Source: Leptospiraceae bacterium (GTDB lineage Bacteria > Spirochaetota > Leptospiria > Leptospirales > Leptospiraceae). From it: a stretch of 62,367 bases of DNA. The notes beneath the pieces were generated by a model. The model saw only the letters and a program-made list of their open reading frames with translations, was not told the DNA's origin and ran no database searches. The position numbers and the translations under genes were made by a program. Positions 1 to 10,462 of the stretch are shown one piece after another (the stretch's first letter is position 1; each line of letters starts with the position of its first letter). The stretch is from positions 1,726 through 64,092 of the forward strand of contig DAORDI010000001.1 in the NCBI GenBank assembly GCA_035345895.1. The letters run 5' to 3'.

Positions 1-137
1 GAAAGAATTTCCTGAACATCACCGTTCCAGGTTCTGATTTCACCGTTGACCAGATATTCTCTCTGCTCCAGTTTCGGCATTGAAAACTTTGCAGGGATTT
101 CCTCTTTCTTTTTAAATACGGAAGACAGACTGCTCAT
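1..137 (-). CDS. Partial CDS, N-terminal about 45 codons only (gene runs off window start); possibly aldehyde dehydrogenase/GapN-like
   Basis: Minus-strand ATG at 135-137 opens a frame that continues to the window edge: MSSLSSVFKKKEEIPAKFSMPKLEQREYLVNGEIRTWNGDVQEIL. The EYLVNGE..W.G segment resembles N-termini of non-phosphorylating aldehyde/G3P dehydrogenases as I recall them. Too short to be sure. Confidence 0.35.
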   Translation of the reverse strand, partial: MSSLSSVFKKKEEIPAKFSMPKLEQREYLVNGEIRTWNGDVQEIL

Positions 138-631
138 AATGCTCTCCTTTTGATAACAGTTTCAATAGATGAATTCATCCAAACATTGTCAAGTCCTACA
201 GCAAAAAGAATCTTCTGGACAGGATTCTCTTGTGTCAAAACTATTGCTTTTGAGGCTTGAGAACCTGCCTCATTTTTCAAGCGGATTTATTACGGAAATG
301 ATTTCATACAGGAGAGTTGTCTGGTGTCTTTGATCCACTTCAAAGGAAAGCCGTTTGAGATTTACAGAATGGCAGAGAAGTGAGGATAAATGTCAAGTCC
401 TGAAATTGAATTACAGCCCGCCAGGCATTGTAGAAGTTTTGAAAACCTTAAAAGAAAACTCTAATAAATGACCTATGACAACCCCCAATCCTATCCTCGA
501 AAAAAACCTCAGCCCGGATGCAGAAAAAATCATATCCTTCTGTAAAGAATAAAAAATCAGAAACTTTTATTTTTTCGTTTCTGCAGATACTGAAGATTTC
601 TCTTCGGAAAAAGAGACCTTTTTCAAGGATG

Positions 632-678
632 AATAGAAAAGGAAACTGAATGATATTTTTGAATGAAATATCATTCAG
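632..678 (-). terminator. Rho-independent terminator candidate for the 750..2459 gene
   Basis: Perfect 13-bp inverted repeat ctgaatgatattt/aaatatcattcag (646-658 and 666-678) with a 7-nt loop, about 70 nt downstream of the minus-strand stop at 750. On the minus strand it is followed by T-rich tttccttttctatt. Confidence 0.6.
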
Positions 679-749
679 AATCATGTATCAGAAATTCATT
701 CCATTCTTTCTGAATTTTAGGAAAAATCTTGCCTGTGCCCTAAAGATTT

Positions 750-2459
750 TCAGTCTTTATAAGTATCCAGTTCGGCGATGTTTGCAAAATGGCTGCCGTT
801 CACCTCAGAAAGCGATCTCAGTTTCAGATATCTCCCTGATACCGATGGAAATTTTACTGTATTGTATTTTTTTTCCGGATTAAAAATTCCTTTTGCTGCA
901 GGAGACCCGAAAGAGGATGGAGAATCAGAAATATATATTTCATAATTTTTTATATTCCCGTTTACCGATCCGTCATTTCTGGGAAGATATCCTATTCCCT
1001 GTATATTCCATTTTTTCCCGAGGTCAATTATAATTTCATGAGGATGTTTTTTAGCCCCGGACCACTCCGTGTGCCAGAAGCTGTAAGGGTTTTCATCGAT
1101 TGCATTTACTGCAGGAGTTTTTTCATTTTTCATCTCTTCACTGTCAACAGAAATGATTTTCCAGTCTTTCTTGGGTATTTTCAGGTCGGCGGAAAAGCTG
1201 CTGTCATTTCTGAGAATGTCTTCCATCGTTTTTGTATTTCTGTTGATCACCCAGTCTCTGATATTTCCATAGGCCCAGGCTCTTTCGCCGAGTCCCCTCA
1301 GTTCGCCGTTCTCTGGAACTGTTCCTTTGAAATAATTATAATAAAATTCTCTCCATCCGTGAACAGTGTCATTCGGATATCCGTGACTGCCTCCTCCGTC
1401 TGCTCCGCCCTGTATTCCATATTTATATCCCCTGTCATATAAATAATGCATTTCAATGCAGTGAGTTCCCTCGTGTATCCACATATCATGAACACCTGCA
1501 GTTTTTTTCAGAAGCTCACCGGTATACAGTCTGTTTACCACAGCGAATCCTGTCTTGTTTGCGATGTCAGGAGTCCCATAGGCAGTTCCTCCCCCACCTT
1601 TATCCAAATCAATATAATAATTTAAAAATATTATATCATACTTCCCTTTTACTGCATATTTCCGGATTTCATCTTCCATATCTTCAGCAGAAGGAACCTT
1701 CCATCCGTCATCCTTTTTAACTGATCGTGCAAGTCTGGTCAGAGGTTCCTCGGAAACGACAGTCTCCGGTTCCAATTTCATCCTGCCTTCAGTCAGTTTA
1801 TCCACCCAGTAAGGAGTGTGTTCCATAAAGGAAATCTTCGCTGCATTTATATATTCCTGATCCATTTCTGCACGGTATGGTTTGGAAACATAAGGAGGAT
1901 TCAGATCAGTTTTTTTCTTGATGATGAGAAGGACTTTAAAGACAACAGGTTTTTGAACTGGAACAGTTTCCATTTTCCAAAATTGAATTTCCTTTTCTTC
2001 GCTTTTCAAAAGCTGAAAAGGCAGATTATCCTTTGCGGAAGAATTCCCTGAAAGATATAATTGACTTTTAACATTTTTTATCGTTATGTAATTATTTTCG
2101 AATGGTACAAAATTCCAGTTTTGAGAAAGAGAAGGATTTGAGTCCTGCTGAGTCAGTGTTCCGGAATTCTCTTCTGTAAGATATTTTTTTGAGAAAACAT
2201 TTTTGAGGCGATATTCATCAATGCCCTTCCTTTCAAGAGTCCATCTCTGACTTTCACTGCCTACATAAGCCGACTGCTGCACCAGTGCACCATTTTCTGT
2301 AGAAATTCCCTTCACTTCCAAAGACTTTCCATTTGCAAGGTTCAGAAACTTGTATGCAGATTCCGGCTTTATTTCAGCCGAAACCGCACTCTTCGGAATT
2401 TTCACGCCGGCAGAACATCCGGCCAAAATAATCAGTACCCAAATACGATTTTTCTTCAT
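750..2459 (-). CDS. Secreted lipoprotein with ricin-B-like lectin domain, HExxH metallopeptidase-like core and C-terminal F5/8 type C (discoidin)-like domain
   Basis: 569-aa ORF. Signal peptide with lipobox (VLIILAGC). Beta-trefoil QxW motifs (SQRW, SQNW) in the N-terminal third. HExxH at WIHEGTHCIEMH. C-terminal NPYSFWHTEW...IIIDLGK...GYLPR pattern typical of discoidin domains. Confidence 0.7.
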   Translation of the reverse strand: MKKNRIWVLIILAGCSAGVKIPKSAVSAEIKPESAYKFLNLANGKSLEVKGISTENGALVQQSAYVGSESQRWTLERKGIDEYRLKNVFSKKYLTEENSGTLTQQDSNPSLSQNWNFVPFENNYITIKNVKSQLYLSGNSSAKDNLPFQLLKSEEKEIQFWKMETVPVQKPVVFKVLLIIKKKTDLNPPYVSKPYRAEMDQEYINAAKISFMEHTPYWVDKLTEGRMKLEPETVVSEEPLTRLARSVKKDDGWKVPSAEDMEDEIRKYAVKGKYDIIFLNYYIDLDKGGGGTAYGTPDIANKTGFAVVNRLYTGELLKKTAGVHDMWIHEGTHCIEMHYLYDRGYKYGIQGGADGGGSHGYPNDTVHGWREFYYNYFKGTVPENGELRGLGERAWAYGNIRDWVINRNTKTMEDILRNDSSFSADLKIPKKDWKIISVDSEEMKNEKTPAVNAIDENPYSFWHTEWSGAKKHPHEIIIDLGKKWNIQGIGYLPRNDGSVNGNIKNYEIYISDSPSSFGSPAAKGIFNPEKKYNTVKFPSVSGRYLKLRSLSEVNGSHFANIAELDTYKD

Positions 2460-2620
2460 TCAATACTCCTGAGTGATTGCTCAGACTTGCAACCACGCTA
2501 TGCCGCATCGCTGTCATTTTCAGCATTGGAAGTCCCAGTAATAGATTTTTATATTATCAGGAAATGAAAAATATGCAAATTTTTCCGATTCTCATTTTTT
2601 AAAATTGCAGTTTTTGATTA

Positions 2621-3946
2621 TCAGAAACTCACTCCCTTCCATTCCTTCTTTCTGAATTTCAGGAAAAAAACAATCCCTAGAAAATAGAGCCAGACAGCAA
2701 CTGAGATCCACAGTCCGATGGAACCGAGAGAAAAGTATATGCCGAGAATCCAGGCAATCGGAAGCATGACTGCATAAGATGCAATCAGATATACAATCAG
2801 AACCCAGTTGACCATACCGGCGCTTCTGAGAGCTGCTCCGAATGTCATATGATAGGCATCTGCTCCCTGTGCCAGTCCCATTACAAAAAGGCAGGGAACA
2901 GTATCCAGTATGACTGCAGCACTGTCTGTAAATAATGATATTATCTGTCTGGACATAATAATGAAAATCAGACCCATTGTGCCCATAATGAGAAGCGCAT
3001 AATTTGCGGATCTGTAGATACTGATCTCCGCACGGTTCCATTTCTTCGCTCCGGCGGACTGTCCGAACAGGGTCGTGCCTGCAATTCCGAATGCGATTCC
3101 AGGCATAAACGATATCATCATGATTGTGAGCACAATATTCACACCTGCCACTGAAGTCACACTGATGAGTCCTGCAATCTTAGTGAAGATCAGAAAAGAA
3201 CTGTGAGTCAGAACTCCGTCCACAGCCGAAGGAAAACCCAGAGTGGATGCTGTCTTCAGAAATGCAGAATCAAAGATGAATCCGGAAAGTTTTATGTATC
3301 CCAGAATATCTTTTCTGAAAAAGAAAATAATGAATGCCAGAAGGGCCGGAACTCCGGCAAGGCTGGATGCAATTCCTGCACCTTTCACTCCCATTGCAGG
3401 CACACCCAGATTTCCGAATATGAAAATCCAGTTGAAAAAAATATTGAACAGCATTGCAGTGATTGCTGAAATCATTCCCACGAAGGTCAGTCCGAGTCCG
3501 TCAAAATAGGCCCTGAGCAGAAAAATCAGCACATAAGGAACAGTTCCGAGAAATCTCATCTGCATATACTCAGATGCCTGACTCAGCACCTCGGGTCTTT
3601 CAATAAGCAGACTTACAATCCATGTGCTTGAGAAATATCCCAAAACAGAAATCAGAAGACCGAAGAGTGTTCCGAAAAGAAGACTTGTAGATGCGATTGC
3701 ACCAAGTTCATGAAAATCTCCTGCGCCGTATCTTCTGGAAGTGAATGTCTGAACTCCTATGGATGCATTCATAATGAAAACAAGCACAGTAAAATATGTC
3801 ATTCCGCCCACACCTGCTGCGGCAATGGATACTTCGCCGAGAGAGCCGACCATCACAGTATCCGATGCCTGAATCATTGTCTGACTCATCATTCCGAAAA
3901 CAACAGGGACAGCCATTGAGATAATACTTTTATCGAGCTTTTTCAT
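2621..3946 (-). CDS. MATE family efflux transporter
   Basis: 441-aa polytopic ORF. N-terminus KSIISMAVPVVFGMMSQTMIQASDTVMVGSLG and overall 12-TM layout typical of MATE/NorM-type pumps. Confidence 0.8.
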   Translation of the reverse strand: MKKLDKSIISMAVPVVFGMMSQTMIQASDTVMVGSLGEVSIAAAGVGGMTYFTVLVFIMNASIGVQTFTSRRYGAGDFHELGAIASTSLLFGTLFGLLISVLGYFSSTWIVSLLIERPEVLSQASEYMQMRFLGTVPYVLIFLLRAYFDGLGLTFVGMISAITAMLFNIFFNWIFIFGNLGVPAMGVKGAGIASSLAGVPALLAFIIFFFRKDILGYIKLSGFIFDSAFLKTASTLGFPSAVDGVLTHSSFLIFTKIAGLISVTSVAGVNIVLTIMMISFMPGIAFGIAGTTLFGQSAGAKKWNRAEISIYRSANYALLIMGTMGLIFIIMSRQIISLFTDSAAVILDTVPCLFVMGLAQGADAYHMTFGAALRSAGMVNWVLIVYLIASYAVMLPIAWILGIYFSLGSIGLWISVAVWLYFLGIVFFLKFRKKEWKGVSF

Positions 3947-4209
3947 TGTGTACCAATTTTTTTCAGAGGCTCAATCTGTCATTTTCTTATGTGAATTTAT
4001 CTGTTTTGAAATTCAATGACTCTCCATACCGCAGGAACATAGTAACTCACGAATATTCTGTATCTGTGTCTTTTTAACGACCGGATAAAGGATAGATTAC
4101 AAAACACTGTAAATTAACAGGACTTTAACGGGATGACGAAGAATTTTTTCTTCAAAAACAAAACTGACAGAAGCAAATGGTTCAAGATTTTCTGCTTCGT
4201 CGGGTAAAC

Positions 4210-4587
4210 TCAAAGTTCTCCTAAAAACCGTCCCAGAATCAGCAGGGCAAAACCGATCAGCATATTTCCTGAAAGGTAAAAGAAGAGCGCATCCATTCTC
4301 CCTTCTCTGTAAAGAGAGAATGTTTCATATCCGAAACTGCTGAAAGTGGTGAGTCCTCCGAGGAATCCGACAAGGATCATTTCCCTGTAAGGGGAATTGA
4401 TCAGATTTTTATCTATAAACCATACTGTAAGTATTCCTATTAAAAACATTCCCAGAAGGTTTGCAGTCAGTGTTCCTAAAGGAAACAGCGGAAAGTACTT
4501 CGCACATAACCTGGAAATGAAAAACCGGAGCACACCGCCGGTTCCGCTTCCCAGAAAAACAAGGAAAAATGTTTTTGCATCAGGCAT
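4210..4587 (-). CDS. crcB: Fluoride ion channel CrcB/FluC
   Basis: ORF 4210..4659. The family-length protein starts at internal Met (MPDAKTFFLVFLGSGTGGVLRF...FPLGTLTANLLGMF...LVGFLGGLTTFSSF), the classic CrcB motifs. That start overlaps the upstream DUF190 stop by 8 bp. Confidence 0.85.
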   Translation of the reverse strand: MPDAKTFFLVFLGSGTGGVLRFFISRLCAKYFPLFPLGTLTANLLGMFLIGILTVWFIDKNLINSPYREMILVGFLGGLTTFSSFGYETFSLYREGRMDALFFYLSGNMLIGFALLILGRFLGEL

Positions 4588-4936
4588 CGGATTTTCTTTC
4601 ATCAAAATGAATGACTCTTGCAGCTTCCATAGTGATGAGACCTCCGCATCCGGATTCATCCATCATTTTTCTGAAAAAAGGAAGAGCAGAGTCTATCTTA
4701 TCTGATTCATCACAGACTTCCAGCACAAGAGGAAGAGAGTCCGACATGGAAAGAATGCCTGCAGAATGAAGAACCCCGGAATTTCCGTACCCGATCAGTC
4801 CTCGAAGCACTGTTGCTCCTTTCAGTCCAAGCTCTCTGCATTTCAGTACAATTTCTGAATACAGCGGCCTGCCGTCATATTTGTCTCTGTCAGTCAGAAA
4901 CACTCTTAAAAGAATCCAGTTCTTTTCCTGATACAT
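4580..4936 (-). CDS. DUF190 (PII-like fold) protein, typical crcB partner
   Basis: 118 aa. LLRVFL.D.DKYDGRPLY..IV...RELGLKGATVLRG.IGYG pattern of the DUF190/UPF0166 family. Immediately upstream of and overlapping crcB. Confidence 0.75.
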   Translation of the reverse strand: MYQEKNWILLRVFLTDRDKYDGRPLYSEIVLKCRELGLKGATVLRGLIGYGNSGVLHSAGILSMSDSLPLVLEVCDESDKIDSALPFFRKMMDESGCGGLITMEAARVIHFDERKSDA

Positions 4937-5109
4937 CCTTGTTCCTTTGATAAAAAATTCTATAAATTGTTCTACTAATTTACCTTGCGCCGCAGACCGC
5001 CTGCAGTCTTGGGCAGAACTGAAGCACAGGGTGAATCAGAAACTGTTAAATGAAAATGCATTCAGAAAACATTTCAGCCGAAAAATGGCCTGAATATAAA
5101 ATCTAAGAT

Positions 5110-5670
5110 TTAAGTTTTTTCCAGCTCGAATGAACCCGGCTCACCGTCGTCTTCCACATCTTTCTCATAAAGACTGTCACCATCGCTGAAAAAGAAAGAT
5201 TCATTGGATCCGAATTTCGTCTTGTCCGACCAGTAGTACCGAAAATATGCCCAAGGGTCGCGGGTGGAAAATTTTTCCAGTTTTTTAACAGATTTAAAAT
5301 AAGATTCTGCAGACACTTCTGCATTGTACTTCTGAAAATCCTCGGAAAGCTTCTGAAATGATTTGGAAGTTTTGTCATCAATCCATTCAAAGAGTTTCTT
5401 TTCCAGATCAGCAGTCTTCTTTTTCCCTGGAAATTCAATTTCGCTCATATACATAATTGTTCCGGAAAAGTTTTTTACAAAACTGTCTGAGTATTTCTTT
5501 TCTTCTGAAAACTTTTCCACCTCCAGGAAAATTTTCAGATTCTCCTGTAATCCGCTGAGAAGCAGGGACCTGCCCTTTTTTGTGCTTCTGTCCAGACAGA
5601 GAATGCCCCACCAGGCAGGCTCTCCATACATTGCATATTCTCTGACTCTGTAATATTCAAGTTTGTCCAT
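5110..5670 (-). CDS. Hypothetical protein (acidic C-terminus, no recognisable motif)
   Basis: 186-aa ORF with clean coding appearance, divergent from the 6076 block. No family recognised. Confidence 0.5.
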   Translation of the reverse strand: MDKLEYYRVREYAMYGEPAWWGILCLDRSTKKGRSLLLSGLQENLKIFLEVEKFSEEKKYSDSFVKNFSGTIMYMSEIEFPGKKKTADLEKKLFEWIDDKTSKSFQKLSEDFQKYNAEVSAESYFKSVKKLEKFSTRDPWAYFRYYWSDKTKFGSNESFFFSDGDSLYEKDVEDDGEPGSFELEKT

Positions 5671-6075
5671 ATGAAGAGATTATTAAATTTTCTTCCCTCT
5701 GCAATGCAAGCAATTTGCAGAATCCTCAGATTCAGAAACTGTCATTGAATATTTCATATATGAGACTTCTCCGCAGGACGAAAACAGATGAGTTTCTAAA
5801 TTCGCAAATATGAAGACTTTTATAATCATATTCAAAAGTCTTTTCATATTTCAGTCTCGCCGGATCGGTAAGATCAAGATTCTCAGCGCAATTACTTTTG
5901 GTAATCAATATAAATGACAACGAAAGTATTTCTGACCTGAACACTTCCGGGCGAAATTCATTTCCGAAAAGGTAAATTTGGCTTGCTGAAAAAACAGATC
6001 CGACGAATCTGTTTCCTGTTTTAAAGCAGTGTAATGCAGCGCAGTACCCTTGCCGCAATGACTTAAGGAGACAGT

Positions 6076-7308
6076 TTGGAGTCTATAAAAAAACTGATTA
6101 AATCGGAAAACTGGAAAGAGATTCTGGAATATGGCGCCTCATTGACAGACGAGCAGCGTTATTCAGTCATCAGTGAACTGACTCAGTATACGGAAAAAGA
6201 CAGGAAACTTCTGGGAAACACTTATGTAAATTACCTTTTTATCGTCTGCATCAGATCTTACAAGGATATAGAGAAAACAAAATACTTCAATGGGTTTTCT
6301 GCACTTCACTGGTTTATCAATGATGCCAAGATTGGATCAGAGCCTCTCGAAGAATATTTTAGAAAATTCCCTCCGAATTATATGGACAGATATCTTGAAG
6401 ATGAATCCAGGGACAGGTACTTCTGGCAGAATTTCCGAATCATATGGAATCTCCATAAAAATGGTTGGATAAAATTTAATGAAAATATATTTACAGTTCT
6501 TTTTTTTACTCTTTACGGTTTTGAGAACAGTCATATCAGGGATGCAGAGTATCTGATTCAGAACAGAGACATTCTTGAAAAAGTCTTCCTCCAGTTTTAC
6601 AAGTATGAGATTCCCGTTCTGGAATCCATAAAATGCGAGACAATTGAATATCCAAATGGGTTGAGTGTCAAAGCAGGGGTTTACTGGACGGAAGTATTCA
6701 AGATTCTCATTGAAAAGAAAGCCGTTACTGACAGGAGCATTGTCAGACATCTTCTGGGGTCCCTTTTAAACAACTGGAAAAAACCCCATCTCGTCTGGCT
6801 TTGCGGCATTCTGGAGCTTTTTAAGCCTTCAAATTCAGAACTTCTGGAATATCAGAATCTGATTTTTTCTCTTTTCAATACCGGCAATACTCAACTGATC
6901 AATTTTTCTCAGGGTCTTGCTGAAAGAATCAGCAAAGAAGAAAATTTCAATTATAAGTCATATATATCAAATGTACAGTCTGTATTTGCTGTTGAAAAAA
7001 TCGATAAATCGATCCTTGGTATTCTCTCTGTCATTGATTACGGAATTCAGAAATTCCCCGAACTGAAAAAAGGTCTGGCAGACGGTCTCAAAATACTTTT
7101 CACCCAGACTTCAGAGAAGGTCCAGCTCAAGACTGCTGAAATAATGATTCAGCTTGAGGATGAGAAAGGTCTGAAGAAAACTGTTTCGGAATATGATTCA
7201 GCCCTTAAAAAAAAGGCAAAGGCTCTCCTTCTGGATGGAGGCGGGTCCGGCAATACAAATACAGAAAAAGAATTAAAAAAGATTCAAAAGCAGGGAGTAA
7301 GAAAATGA
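6076..7308 (+). CDS. Large uncharacterised soluble protein (possible N-terminal half of a DUF6493-like protein)
   Basis: 410-aa ORF, no TM segments, helical-repeat-like composition. Its stop overlaps the next start (ATGA at 7305-7308). Confidence 0.6.
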   Translation: MESIKKLIKSENWKEILEYGASLTDEQRYSVISELTQYTEKDRKLLGNTYVNYLFIVCIRSYKDIEKTKYFNGFSALHWFINDAKIGSEPLEEYFRKFPPNYMDRYLEDESRDRYFWQNFRIIWNLHKNGWIKFNENIFTVLFFTLYGFENSHIRDAEYLIQNRDILEKVFLQFYKYEIPVLESIKCETIEYPNGLSVKAGVYWTEVFKILIEKKAVTDRSIVRHLLGSLLNNWKKPHLVWLCGILELFKPSNSELLEYQNLIFSLFNTGNTQLINFSQGLAERISKEENFNYKSYISNVQSVFAVEKIDKSILGILSVIDYGIQKFPELKKGLADGLKILFTQTSEKVQLKTAEIMIQLEDEKGLKKTVSEYDSALKKKAKALLLDGGGSGNTNTEKELKKIQKQGVRK

Positions 7309-8648
7309 ACAAGATCAGTATTCCTGACAACTGGGATGATCTTCTTTTTTATATTGGAAAAGTCATCAAATCGGACAATACCTGGAGTATTGAAATTTTT
7401 GCGGAAGGGCTGAATCAGCTTCAAGACAGTATCCCTGCCGATTTTGCAAAACAGATCAAGCCTTACCGAAAGCAGCTGGAAAATTCCGATTACGGTTCTT
7501 ATCTTTTTGAATTTGTGCAGAACTGGACAGGAGAAACAAAATCCTATTCTGAAAAAAAAGATGAATCCTGGAATACATTCTTCAGAAACAAGCTCGTTCT
7601 TCTTCACAGAAAAATGCAGAAAGGAAATAAACTTCCGTTTTTATCCACTCCCTCCGTTGAACCTTTTTACACTGATCCGGAAACTCTGATTTCAAAGCTG
7701 GAAGAATATGAGAAGGCAAAAGAAGAACCAGATATGGAAGATCTGATCGTTGCCTGCAGCAGAGTCTCTGAAAAAAAAGTTTCAGCCGGTCTGAAAGAGA
7801 GAATCAAAAAACTCAAAGGAAATTATTCTTCTGCTCTGGAGTATCTTTTTGGAATTCAGGACAGGATAAAAACGGACAAGGAACTCCTTCCTCTCTGGAC
7901 ACAGATCGCAAGAACAAAAGATCCTGAAGGCGTATTCAAGGAATTTGAAAAAACTTCCGCAGCAGACTATCCCTCTGTTGTCCGTCCATTTCTTCCTCAG
8001 TTCAGCATCAGCTCAGGAGATTCCAAGAAAAAAGAACAGCCAAGAATATCATTAATAAACCATGATGGCTGGCTTCATGATTATGCAGCAAAGACTAAGG
8101 CCGTTCCAGAAGAATACCCTAAACTTTTTTATTATACATCTGCCGGTGCAGTCTACAATAAATCAGTCAACCTGGATCCTATGCACCTGAGTCTGATTCC
8201 TCATTATCCGGATGCAATGCTTTCCCGTTATATTCCAAAGTTTACCTCGGGGAACGATGCAGACGACTGTGACTGGGTGGAATATGGGATACGTTTTATT
8301 GCAGAAAATAAAGTCCGCATTCATCATGCAGGCTGGATTCTTGTCGGAGCCTGTCTTCTGTTTGAGAAGAAGCATATCAGGGCCCTTGGCGCAGAATACA
8401 TCAAGTTTGCGATAGAAGAAAATTTTCTGAAGAAGGAGTATCTTTCTGAGATCATCGGGCAGATGATCGCAGAGAAATATGGACCTGTTGTCCGTCTGAT
8501 GGAGTACATTGACAGAAGGGGAAGCTCAAAAGAAGAAAAAAGTCTGCATCTCGAAATTCTGAAAAACTGCATTCAGTCTTCTAAAGGAAAGGAACTTCCG
8601 GTGAATTTCAAAAAGATCGAATCTGCATATGAAGAGCTTTCTGATTGA
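7305..8648 (+). CDS. Large uncharacterised soluble protein (possible C-terminal half of a DUF6493-like protein)
   Basis: 447-aa ORF translationally coupled to the 6076 gene. The segment LPFLSTPSVEPFYTDPETLISKLEEYE recalls a conserved motif of actinobacterial DUF6493-type SWIM partners. This is from memory and unverified. Confidence 0.6.
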   Translation: MNKISIPDNWDDLLFYIGKVIKSDNTWSIEIFAEGLNQLQDSIPADFAKQIKPYRKQLENSDYGSYLFEFVQNWTGETKSYSEKKDESWNTFFRNKLVLLHRKMQKGNKLPFLSTPSVEPFYTDPETLISKLEEYEKAKEEPDMEDLIVACSRVSEKKVSAGLKERIKKLKGNYSSALEYLFGIQDRIKTDKELLPLWTQIARTKDPEGVFKEFEKTSAADYPSVVRPFLPQFSISSGDSKKKEQPRISLINHDGWLHDYAAKTKAVPEEYPKLFYYTSAGAVYNKSVNLDPMHLSLIPHYPDAMLSRYIPKFTSGNDADDCDWVEYGIRFIAENKVRIHHAGWILVGACLLFEKKHIRALGAEYIKFAIEENFLKKEYLSEIIGQMIAEKYGPVVRLMEYIDRRGSSKEEKSLHLEILKNCIQSSKGKELPVNFKKIESAYEELSD

Positions 8649-8754
8649 ATCTTATCATTATAAAACCTATTTTCTTCCCTGTCATTCTTTTGGACAGTGC
8701 AGCATTTAATTACAGCTTGACAGTTTCATCTGCTGAAAGCAGGATAGGGAAAAT

Positions 8755-10350
8755 ATGAAATTCTTCAATACAGCCGGACCAAATCAAGCAGATATTCATT
8801 ACACGCTGAATCCTTTGTCCAGGTGGAATTTGGATGAAATTCTTGCTCTCATCGAAGCAAGAAAATACTTCATCCTTCATGCTCCCAGACAGACAGGGAA
8901 AACCAGCTGTATGCTATCTCTGATGAAGTATCTGAACAAGGAAGGCAGATACAGAGCACTGTATGTAAATGTTGAAGGAGCACAGGCAGCCAGAGAAGAT
9001 GTTTTTAAAGCCGTGCAGGGAATTTTGAGCAGAACTGCAGACTGCGAAAAAAACTATTGGAATACAAACACATTAGAAATGGAACGGGAAGCTATTTTGA
9101 AGAAAGGGGAGATGGATGCCATTACAGGAGCATTTTCCCTATTATCAAAAAAATCAGACAAACCAGTTGTTCTGTTTATAGATGAGATAGATGCTCTGAT
9201 CGGAGATACATTAATTTCTGTTCTCAGACAGATTCGTTCCGGGTATGCAGACAGACCGGAATCCTTTCCGCAGTCCATTGTTCTCTGCGGTGTGCGGGAT
9301 GTCCGCGACTATCGAATTCATTCTTCCAGGACACAGGAAATCATTACAGGCGGGTCAGCGTTCAATATCAAAGCAGAATCCCTTTTACTAGGAAATTTTA
9401 CAAAAGAAGAAATTGCATCACTCTACGCAGAGCACACAAAAGAAACGGGACAGACATTTGAGGACGGAATTCTGGATCTGGCCTGGGACTATACCGGCGG
9501 ACAGCCGTGGCTCGTCAATGCTCTGGCTTATGAAGCCTGCTTCAGAACCGCTGAATCCAAAGACAGGGCCAGACCCATTACTGTGGAAATGTTCAAAGAT
9601 GCCAAAGAAAGTCTGATATTGAGAAGGGACACTCATTTAGATCAGCTCACAGACAAACTGAAAGAAGACCGAGTTCGGAGAATTATCGAACCAATGTTAA
9701 AAGGCGATGATTCTACATATCAGTTTAACGACGATGATGCACAGTATGTGATTGATCTGGGACTGATTACCAGAAAGCCGAACAAGGAACTGAATATATC
9801 CAATGAAATTTACCGGGAGATACTGCCGAGGGAACTGACCTCAGGATGGCAGTATGGATTGAACTATCAGAACATATGGTATGTTGATAAAGTTACAAAT
9901 AAAATAGATTTTTATAAGCTGCTCAAAGCGTTTCAGGAATTTTTTCAGGAGAATTCAGAGATTTGGATTGACCGGTTTGCATATCGGGAAGCAGGACCGC
10001 AGCTTTTACTGCAGGCATTTCTGCAGCGCATCGTAAACGGAGGCGGTGTCATCAACCGTGAATACGGTCTCGGCACAAGAAGAACAGACATTTATGTAAA
10101 ATGGTATCCCGACGAGAAAAATCATTCTGTATCACAAAAAGCTGTCATTGAATGCAAGCTTCTTCATAAGACCCTAGAGAAAACTTTGCAGGAAGGCCTG
10201 GAACAGGTCTCGGCATACTCCGACAAGTGCAGTGCGGAAGAATCGCATCTTGTCATTTTTGACAGAACCAAAGACAGACCCTGGGAAGAAAAACTTTTCA
10301 TAAAGGAAATGGAATTTGAAGGCAGGAAAATTACTGTCTGGGGAATGTAG
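8755..10350 (+). CDS. AAA-type ATPase with C-terminal PD-(D/E)XK nuclease-like domain
   Basis: 531 aa. N-terminus FFNTAGPNQADIHYTLNPLSR typical of the predicted AAA-ATPase family. Walker A HAPRQTGKTS. Walker B VVLFIDEIDAL. C-terminal RRTDIYV...AVIECKL matches a D...E.K nuclease motif. Confidence 0.75.
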   Translation: MKFFNTAGPNQADIHYTLNPLSRWNLDEILALIEARKYFILHAPRQTGKTSCMLSLMKYLNKEGRYRALYVNVEGAQAAREDVFKAVQGILSRTADCEKNYWNTNTLEMEREAILKKGEMDAITGAFSLLSKKSDKPVVLFIDEIDALIGDTLISVLRQIRSGYADRPESFPQSIVLCGVRDVRDYRIHSSRTQEIITGGSAFNIKAESLLLGNFTKEEIASLYAEHTKETGQTFEDGILDLAWDYTGGQPWLVNALAYEACFRTAESKDRARPITVEMFKDAKESLILRRDTHLDQLTDKLKEDRVRRIIEPMLKGDDSTYQFNDDDAQYVIDLGLITRKPNKELNISNEIYREILPRELTSGWQYGLNYQNIWYVDKVTNKIDFYKLLKAFQEFFQENSEIWIDRFAYREAGPQLLLQAFLQRIVNGGGVINREYGLGTRRTDIYVKWYPDEKNHSVSQKAVIECKLLHKTLEKTLQEGLEQVSAYSDKCSAEESHLVIFDRTKDRPWEEKLFIKEMEFEGRKITVWGM

Positions 10351-10462
10351 GAAAAACAAAGTCTGCTCAGTTCTGCTCCTTCAAGATGACAGAGGAAAAA
10401 AGCTGTTCCTAAGTGTGACTTGACAAAGGTTCATCAAAAAGAACAGAATACAAGGGAGAAAT

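Noticed and set aside
448-883. Small ORFs 448..684 (-) and 650..883 (+) in the region downstream of the 750 gene
   Set aside because: They are low-complexity, overlap the terminator hairpin or the 3' end of the 750..2459 gene, and have no RBS. This region looks non-coding.
4937-5102. Fluoride (crcB-motif) riboswitch upstream of the DUF190-crcB operon
   Set aside because: It would be expected here. Reading the minus-strand leader, I do not find the conserved GGNGAUGG...AACCGCC...CUGAUGAU core. The only ACCGCC lies on the wrong (plus) strand. Part of this leader instead resembles a MITE family A terminus. An Infernal scan with RF01734 would settle it.
5732-6058. 108-aa minus-strand ORF in the 5671-6075 divergent intergenic region
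   Set aside because: No RBS, odd composition (Cys/Phe-rich). It occupies the promoter region between two divergent genes and is likely spurious.
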